A DNA stretch of 64,000 nt from a virus. Position 1 is the stretch's first letter; each line of letters begins with the position of its first letter. Under the pieces are notes generated by a model. It did no database searches, was not told the origin of the DNA, and saw only the letters and a program-made list of their open reading frames with translations. Both the position numbers and the translations under genes were made by a program. Shown here piece by piece: positions 58,187 through 64,000 of this stretch. Location of the stretch: positions 1,552 to 65,551 of IMG/VR virus record IMGVR_UViG_3300029112_000175. One strand, given 5' to 3'.

Positions 58187-58436
58187 CTTTATTCTCCTTT
58201 CATTTTAAATCGCCACTAATGCAGCCTATAATTGCGCAAACAACGTAAAAATGATTTGTATTTAATGGAATATTAGGCAAAAATGATTTTAAAGCATCAA
58301 TAAAAATCTCATCTACATCAAACCATGTTAAAATCCATGCAGTTATTAAACCGTAAATTATTCCTTCTAACATTAGATCTCTCCTTTTACAACTCTCTCA
58401 TTAACACTTGCCATAAATTCATTTACTGCATTATAA

Positions 58437-59399
58437 TCAGGATTCTCTGGTAAAGAAGTATTTTTTCTTATCATAAGCTAATCTTTTATCCAACTCATCC
58501 ACCAACTCATAAAATTCAGGAATCGGCTGATCGTTACCGTCCAGATATTTACCATTGCGAATATCCATCAATAAGTCATGTTCTTTTCCTCTGTATGTAA
58601 CAATTTTTTCATTCTCTAAAATGTCAAAACACATATAATAAAGACGAACTAAATGCATCATGTGTTTTCCTAGTTTTCCATGTTCGATAGCATTCTGATT
58701 ACGCTTCCCAATCTTCGCATAATCTTTTACTACACAGTTCATTTCAGACCACATTGCTTTATAATCTCTCAATGGATAATGTTTAAAATTCATATCCATG
58801 AAAATTTCTGTATTATAATCTTCTTTATCTGACTTATCAATATAGAGCTTAAGTGAATCTTCTGGATAATAAGCATATTTGCTAGGAAATGTATATACGG
58901 CATTCATAATACTATTGAGAATATGTTGTTCTCTTTCTTCTTGCCCTACTACTCTTGCCGCCTTATTACTTAAACGCCGAAGCTGCTGGTTCGCATAACC
59001 ACCAAAAGAATACACAGCTTTCCTGGATAAAAATAAATGGGCATTATCTAATAATTCCTGACCAATCGGTGTTACGTATAAATAATGCTCAGGCTTTAAT
59101 CCTAACAACTCAATAGTATTAGGATTTACATTCAGTAATAACGAAACTAACTTATTGAACGAATATATTGTTGTATCAGTCTGTTCATTTACGAACTGTT
59201 CAAAATTCTGATTAGTCAAAATATCCATCTTGCTATTTAAGGCACAGCCGCGGCAATCCAAGTCCGAATTCTCTACATTAGTGCCATAGGCATAACTACC
59301 ACCCAAACCAAGAAGAATAATATTCTTTCCAAGATGCTCATTGGTTCTTAGAAAATCATATTCTCCACTACTGACTTTTTTCTTAATCTCATCAATCAT
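58437..59399 (-). CDS. Pol-beta-superfamily nucleotidyltransferase
   Basis: LLGLGGSYAYGTNVENSDLDCRG matches the GS-x(9-13)-DxD minimal NTase motif. A helical C-terminal domain follows. Confidence 0.5.
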   Translation of the reverse strand: MIDEIKKKVSSGEYDFLRTNEHLGKNIILLGLGGSYAYGTNVENSDLDCRGCALNSKMDILTNQNFEQFVNEQTDTTIYSFNKLVSLLLNVNPNTIELLGLKPEHYLYVTPIGQELLDNAHLFLSRKAVYSFGGYANQQLRRLSNKAARVVGQEEREQHILNSIMNAVYTFPSKYAYYPEDSLKLYIDKSDKEDYNTEIFMDMNFKHYPLRDYKAMWSEMNCVVKDYAKIGKRNQNAIEHGKLGKHMMHLVRLYYMCFDILENEKIVTYRGKEHDLLMDIRNGKYLDGNDQPIPEFYELVDELDKRLAYDKKKYFFTRES

Positions 59400-59668
59400 A
59401 TATTCACCTATTTATTCTCTTATTTATGGAAATTTTAAGCGATCTGCTTCAAGAAATTTTATTTAACTGCATAACAATCAGACTTTTTATCATAGATACC
59501 AATTATATCATCTACATTGGCAAATCGTATTTTTGCTCTTTTACCTCTAATCATACAAAGGCCAGAATCGTCTACCTTTCTAACTTTACCATGCAATACA
59601 GGTCTCATGCCTTTCTGACGAAATGCCACCCATTTATCAACAAAGTAAGAGTTTGTGCGAATCTTCTC

Positions 59669-60340
59669 CTAAAATCCTGTCTGGTGTGTTTCAAAATTAA
59701 TATTTCCTTTACCAATTACACTAACTTCGTCATCAATAATTTCAAAGTTTACTTCTCCATCAAAATCCTTGATCAATGTGGTTGTCCATGGTTTGGTAAT
59801 ATAATCATCATAGTCTGGATTATACTTCAGAACTTCATCCAGAAGAAATACTGCCACCCCACCTACATCGGCGCAAAATTCTCCAAGTTTCTCTTTGGTA
59901 TCAGAGTTATAAGTTGTACAACTCCAATCACCATATAAAGTATCACGACTAATATATGTATGAATTCCAAGGACTTCCATATTTTCACCTAAATTAGACT
60001 TTTCCCAATCATCCTTATTTAGCTCATAATACTTATTCAATGCTTCTTTGTATTTCTTATTGCATTCCTCATATATCTTAGATACATAATGTGTTCTTGG
60101 ATGTTTCTTACGATATTCAGGATCTGTATAGCCCAAAACTTTATCTATCTGTTCTAGCACCTTTATCATTTCTGGACATTCTTTGCTAATATCAATTACT
60201 TCTCTCACTGCATCAGGATACTTTTCAATATCTGTCCCATAGGTAAAATAATCATCTCTTTTCGGATATTCTCCAACTTGCTCTTTTTCCTTACAGATAT
60301 AACACGGATCTGTGATGATAATATCTCCTTTAAATCTCAT
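59669..60340 (-). CDS. hypothetical protein
   Basis: ORF in array. Confidence 0.4.
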   Translation of the reverse strand: MRFKGDIIITDPCYICKEKEQVGEYPKRDDYFTYGTDIEKYPDAVREVIDISKECPEMIKVLEQIDKVLGYTDPEYRKKHPRTHYVSKIYEECNKKYKEALNKYYELNKDDWEKSNLGENMEVLGIHTYISRDTLYGDWSCTTYNSDTKEKLGEFCADVGGVAVFLLDEVLKYNPDYDDYITKPWTTTLIKDFDGEVNFEIIDDEVSVIGKGNINFETHQTGF

Positions 60341-60505
60341 CTACCCACCTTCAATATATTTAAAACATCTTTATCAGTTAATGGTCTTACTGTACCATCA
60401 GATTCTTTTATCATTGGTTTGTCGTATTTATCCGATAACTCTAAACCATATTTCTCGCATAGGCGATAGAATAGATCTCTGTCAAATGATTTACTATCTA
60501 CCATT

Positions 60506-60694
60506 TTAATTCCCACCTGTTATTAACCATGCGGCGATAATTAACATTGACATTAAAATTGCTTCGCCTAAGCATATTTGAACTTTTTCTTTGAAATCAA
60601 AATCGTAGCCACATATTATTACAATAAAAATTGTTACGACTAACATCATTAACCAATATCCTACAAGTTCCATAATACTATTCTCCAATCGCAA
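60506..60694 (-). CDS. small membrane protein
   Basis: Two hydrophobic helices. Confidence 0.4.
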   Translation of the reverse strand: MRLENSIMELVGYWLMMLVVTIFIVIICGYDFDFKEKVQICLGEAILMSMLIIAAWLITGGN

Positions 60695-60955
60695 TCCATA
60701 ATTTTCGTTTTTTACTTACCTTTAATCCATCAATAAAATCTAAATGGTCCAAAGTGACTACCAACTGTGGCTTATTCCTACGGATCTCACTGATAGACGG
60801 ATAAATACCAATATCCACAAGAATTCTTGGCAAGAAACGCTCTTCTGTATAATAAGTTTCTCTTTTTCTATTCTATTCCAGTCATCTTCGTCTAAAGCAA
60901 ATAAATGCTGTGGCTCTACAACCGGCTTTCCTATTACAATATTCTCTACATACAT
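60678..60955 (-). pseudogene. small gene split by a -1 frameshift at an A-run (GAAAAAG)
   Basis: Frame 1 gives MYVENIVIGKPVVEPQHLFALDEDDWNRIEKEK. The -1 frame then reads a protein-like sequence RETYYTEERFLPRILVDIGIYPSISEIRRNKPQLVVTLDHLDFIDGLKVSKKRKLWIAIGE to TAG at 60678. Confidence 0.4.
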
Positions 60956-60966
60956 TGCTTTTCACC

Positions 60967-61320
60967 TCAAAATTGCTTTCCTTCTGAATTGTATTTCTCT
61001 TGTACCTTTGCAAAATTAGAGACACAATTTTCGAAAGACTCTCTTGGTGTATCGCCATAGCCAAGGATACTAGAGCAACCAAAATCACGACTCATTACCC
61101 TATAACATGTTTCCCATAGATGTTCTTCACCCCAAATGATGTTTGTACGTCTTGTAACGTATTTCTCACCTTTTTCTCTCCAAGGGCTATTCAGAAACAT
61201 AGCCCATTCTTTTAATTCTTCCTCTGGTATTTTATTCTTATTTTTATCATAGAAATCGACAAAATTATTTGTATAATAATAAACTTCGTCTTCAACATCA
61301 TACATACCTGCAATCATCAT
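60967..61320 (-). CDS. hypothetical protein
   Basis: ORF in array. Confidence 0.4.
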   Translation of the reverse strand: MMIAGMYDVEDEVYYYTNNFVDFYDKNKNKIPEEELKEWAMFLNSPWREKGEKYVTRRTNIIWGEEHLWETCYRVMSRDFGCSSILGYGDTPRESFENCVSNFAKVQEKYNSEGKQF

Positions 61321-61330
61321 AATTTATCAC

Positions 61331-61471
61331 CTACCATTCTCCTAACCATCGTCCAAATAAGATTAAAAATGTAAGCCAACAAATATAATAAACAATTAAT
61401 GTTGGCATCATCGTATAATCCTTTCCAGTTTTAAGACAATAGTTCTTCCATTTGTTCCATAATCTTCTCAT
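61331..61471 (-). CDS. small membrane protein (start corrected)
   Basis: Internal ATG at 61469-61471 (MRRLWNKW...) has SD GGAGAAAT. This removes the overlap with the upstream ORF. Confidence 0.35.
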   Translation of the reverse strand: MRRLWNKWKNYCLKTGKDYTMMPTLIVYYICWLTFLILFGRWLGEW

Positions 61472-61496
61472 TATATTTCTCCATGAAACACGTATT

Positions 61497-62174
61497 TCAA
61501 CAATCAAAATTGAAAATAATTCGTACATCTTCCTCTGTACCACCATCAGGAACAAGTTCTTCTAACGCTGGAATTGTGTCCTTTAAAAAATTGTAACAAC
61601 ACTCTCTATATGTAATTGGTTTGAAATCCACTTGTACATAATATTTAAGTCGATCATTTCTACTGATAGTTTTATTTAAAATCTTGTCCATAGTATCCGC
61701 CGATACTACAACAATATCCCACCCAGAAGTATCTCCACTCCAGCTATCTGGATTCTTTCCTATTCTTTTCATTTCTATATACTGAGCTTCACTAATAACA
61801 CCTACATGAATGACTTTCTGATCCCAATCATAATCTTTCAATTCCTTTAATGTATAATATGAGTTTGCATATCCATCATTCCATAAAAGTTCTTTTACTT
61901 CGTCTGTAATATCTTCTGGCAGTCCTTTAGGTGTACTAATTGGATTAAACCCATAAGAAGTCCTACATCCAGCGAAACCAGTTCCATTTCTTACATCTGC
62001 AAGAATTGCAAATAAATCATAATTTCGACCATCATAAGGTCGATCAGTATATGGCCGATTCCATTCGTCAATTACTCTATCTTCGCGATACCAAGGATTT
62101 TTAAATACACTTTCTACCTTTGTCCATTTCTTATTTTTACGAACTTCTGCAAACATAGTAATATCTGTTCCCAT
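61497..62174 (-). CDS. hypothetical protein
   Basis: ORF in array. Confidence 0.45.
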   Translation of the reverse strand: MGTDITMFAEVRKNKKWTKVESVFKNPWYREDRVIDEWNRPYTDRPYDGRNYDLFAILADVRNGTGFAGCRTSYGFNPISTPKGLPEDITDEVKELLWNDGYANSYYTLKELKDYDWDQKVIHVGVISEAQYIEMKRIGKNPDSWSGDTSGWDIVVVSADTMDKILNKTISRNDRLKYYVQVDFKPITYRECCYNFLKDTIPALEELVPDGGTEEDVRIIFNFDC

Positions 62175-62189
62175 ATTTATTCCTTTCTC

Positions 62190-62519
62190 TTAATCAACAA
62201 ATTCAATCTTCTCACCTACAAAATGTGCCAACTTTTCATTTATATCTACTGGATATTTTTTAATAACATAATAATCAGTATATATAAATATCTTTGTGAT
62301 AATATTCTCATCATTAATCCAAATTCCACCCACAGTACCTCCAGGAATTCTAATTGCAAGACACTTGTCCTTTATCATTGAATCATTGGCCAGAATATAA
62401 TGCTTCCAGTATTGATCTAGTGATAATCCAAGAAACTGATCTATTTCTCGTGTTAGATCACAATAGTATTCTTGAAGACCTGAGCGATTTTCGTTTGGAA
62501 ATCTATTTGTTAATAACAT
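62190..62519 (-). CDS. hypothetical protein
   Basis: ORF in array. Confidence 0.4.
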   Translation of the reverse strand: MLLTNRFPNENRSGLQEYYCDLTREIDQFLGLSLDQYWKHYILANDSMIKDKCLAIRIPGGTVGGIWINDENIITKIFIYTDYYVIKKYPVDINEKLAHFVGEKIEFVD

Positions 62520-62544
62520 AATCTGCCCCTTATAAAACCAACAT

Positions 62545-63012
62545 TTAATCGGCTTCTGTTTTCATATTCTTTTCATACCATGCATCTAAAGTAACCAATA
62601 GCATTTCACCTTTTTCGGTAAGCCAACAACCTGTGATACTACTACCATGCTCTATGAATTCATGTTCATCTAAAATATACATCATGAACTGAAGCAATCC
62701 AAATTGATTGTTGTCATTGTAATCAACATGTAAATCTCTTTTATACCTATTAAGAACTTCGGTATATTCAAGTTTATTTTCTCTCCAATCCTGACGAATA
62801 TATAAAAATTTTCTGATTACTTCATATGTATATTCAGGGCGTCCACAACCACATAAGTCTAAATCTTCATACATCCAATAGCTCATAAGTGGTTCGATTA
62901 ATGATTCCTCATACCAATCTTCTCTACAGCCATTAACAACAGTATAATTTGGCACCATACAACAGTCTGGATTATTTTTTACTATCCATTCTGCAATTTC
63001 ACTTAATCTCAT
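62545..63012 (-). CDS. hypothetical protein
   Basis: ORF in array. Confidence 0.4.
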   Translation of the reverse strand: MRLSEIAEWIVKNNPDCCMVPNYTVVNGCREDWYEESLIEPLMSYWMYEDLDLCGCGRPEYTYEVIRKFLYIRQDWRENKLEYTEVLNRYKRDLHVDYNDNNQFGLLQFMMYILDEHEFIEHGSSITGCWLTEKGEMLLVTLDAWYEKNMKTEAD

Positions 63013-63016
63013 GTTT

Positions 63017-64000
63017 TTACCTCAATCTAATATCTTCTCTTGTTTCTCCATCAGAATAATATATATTCCAACCTTTAAATAGGCTAATCAATTCTTCGTC
63101 GTCCCAGTCACATTCATTGCAATGCATAAGTGCTAATGATTTCTTATTTCCAAAATCTCCTACATCCTTACTGCATCTGTTATACAATTCTTTTAAATCT
63201 AATGTTCCATATCTCAATGTATCCTGGAATGGATTTGGTATATTAGTTTTATCAAAAATATATTTGTTGATCTGATTTTTATCACACTCTGATGGAAATT
63301 TTCCTGTACCATGCCGTGTAAGATATGTACGAGACACATAACAAGTTTCAATGTTTATCTCTTCATTCCATTCACCATTTTCAATTATTCTCTTGGGATT
63401 TTTAATACCTGTATTAGATGGTGTTAGATGTGGAAAATATTCTGTGTTATTCTGATCAAGCAATAAACCTTGTGCAGCTTCAAATACAATATTATCAAAC
63501 TGATTTAAGAAATAATTATCTGATATAGCCAATGAGTGATTATTCATAAAATCCCAATCATCTAAAAAGTGTTCAAATATACCATTATCAAGGAATATTC
63601 TTGACCATTCATCTGTTAATATAATATTCTCTCTTTCAAATTGTTCTAAGTAATATTCCCTGATATGATCATCTACATCAGTTATACCAGCTTTATATCT
63701 TTTGATAGTTTCAAAAATTCCCAAGCCACAACTACCATGTTTATTTTTTCCACGATTTTCCTCTATAATCTGATTTGCCATCATATCAAAAGGTGTAGTC
63801 AACATACAATCTTGATTGATATAAACATTTGGGATATATCCTAATTTCATCAACTCATCATATTCCTGCTTAAAAATAATTGGATTAACAATAAAATCCT
63901 CAGATAAATATGTACTTGCATGAGTGAATGTTCCAGATCCAAAATGATGAAAGACATGTCTGATTCCATCAGGCGTTGTTACGGTATGTCCTCTCTGAGC
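63017..64000 (-). CDS. Adenylosuccinate-synthetase (PurA)-family protein, divergent (partial; N-terminus beyond window end)
   Basis: The ORF stays open in frame to the window edge; the ORF track begins at a TTG. The upstream translation AQRGHTVTTPDGIRHVFHHFGSG matches PurA GGHNAGHTLV..LHLIPSG. ENRGKNKHGSCGLGIFETIKR matches GTTGRGIGPAYEDK. FEAAQGLLLDQNNTEYFPHLTPSNT matches [24 protein letters not shown]. Confidence 0.6.
   Translation of the reverse strand, partial: AQRGHTVTTPDGIRHVFHHFGSGTFTHASTYLSEDFIVNPIIFKQEYDELMKLGYIPNVYINQDCMLTTPFDMMANQIIEENRGKNKHGSCGLGIFETIKRYKAGITDVDDHIREYYLEQFERENIILTDEWSRIFLDNGIFEHFLDDWDFMNNHSLAISDNYFLNQFDNIVFEAAQGLLLDQNNTEYFPHLTPSNTGIKNPKRIIENGEWNEEINIETCYVSRTYLTRHGTGKFPSECDKNQINKYIFDKTNIPNPFQDTLRYGTLDLKELYNRCSKDVGDFGNKKSLALMHCNECDWDDEELISLFKGWNIYYSDGETREDIRLR

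Noticed and set aside
76-61019. All plus-strand ORFs in the ORF track. Examples: 76..258, 1971..2168, 2794..3099, 6776..7144, 13939..14145, 14233..14538, 31045..31323, 44020..44547, 49862..50227.
   Set aside because: Each lies antisense to a strongly supported minus-strand gene or to manually found minus-strand small ORFs. None has SD or start context. All show low-complexity hydrophobic translations typical of shadows in AT-rich DNA.
1-64000. Alternative genetic code / stop-codon recoding (as in some large gut phages).
   Set aside because: Long minus-strand ORFs (1107, 748, 664 aa) are intact under the standard code. TGA/TAA/TAG all terminate genes at sensible positions. Many junctions use ATGA overlaps. 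The one suppressor-like tRNA impression (42818-42886) comes from an unreliable manual fold.
1-64000. CRISPR array, integrase/attachment site, and virion structural/lysis module.
   Set aside because: No direct-repeat/spacer periodicity seen. No tyrosine/serine recombinase motifs. The tRNA-like fragment at 702-769 could be an attP relic, but there is no integrase nearby. No capsid, portal or terminase-like ORFs in this window.

Overview
This 64 kb window is AT-rich and reads as a contiguous piece of a large dsDNA phage genome. Essentially every real gene is on the minus strand, in tightly packed co-directional arrays with many ATGA-type start/stop overlaps. Shine-Dalgarno sites (AGGAGG-like) are present. 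NrdDG indicates an anaerobic host; the strong SD usage and low GC suggest Firmicutes, but that is inference. All ORF-track plus-strand ORFs appear to be antisense shadows.

Content from 3' to 5' of the minus strand:
- Nucleotide metabolism: dUTPase, NrdD/NrdG, HAD 5'-deoxynucleotidase, guanylate-kinase-like, a possible ThyX-like protein, and a divergent PurA-like gene running off the window end.
- NAD-dependent ligase LigA and a Crh/HPr-like protein lacking His15.
- A block of small Cys-rich or membrane ORFs, including five unlisted small ORFs at 13585-14440.
- Two orphan DNA methyltransferases and a Lar-like protein.
- A radical-SAM enzyme with translationally coupled small peptides.
- A ClpP-like protease.
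- Replication module: DnaE-type polymerase, DHH exonuclease, Toprim primase-like, HNH, DnaB-like helicase, RecA-like ATPase.
- A Thg1-like 3'-5' nucleotidyltransferase.
- SPFH and PspA-like membrane proteins, plus an ABC importer whose substrate-binding protein is fused to an OmpA domain.
- A putative tRNA-repair cluster: tRNA-Gln, a tRNA-like gene, a metallophosphoesterase, a P-loop kinase remnant, and an RNA ligase carrying an N-terminal tRNA-binding domain.
- A PARP-like (WGR + H-Y-E catalytic) plus macro-domain operon.
- A PAPS-reductase-like gene behind a long structured leader.
- A Pol-beta nucleotidyltransferase.

No CRISPR array, integrase or recognisable structural/lysis genes are in this window, apart from a partial cell-wall-binding SH3b/3D protein at the left edge.
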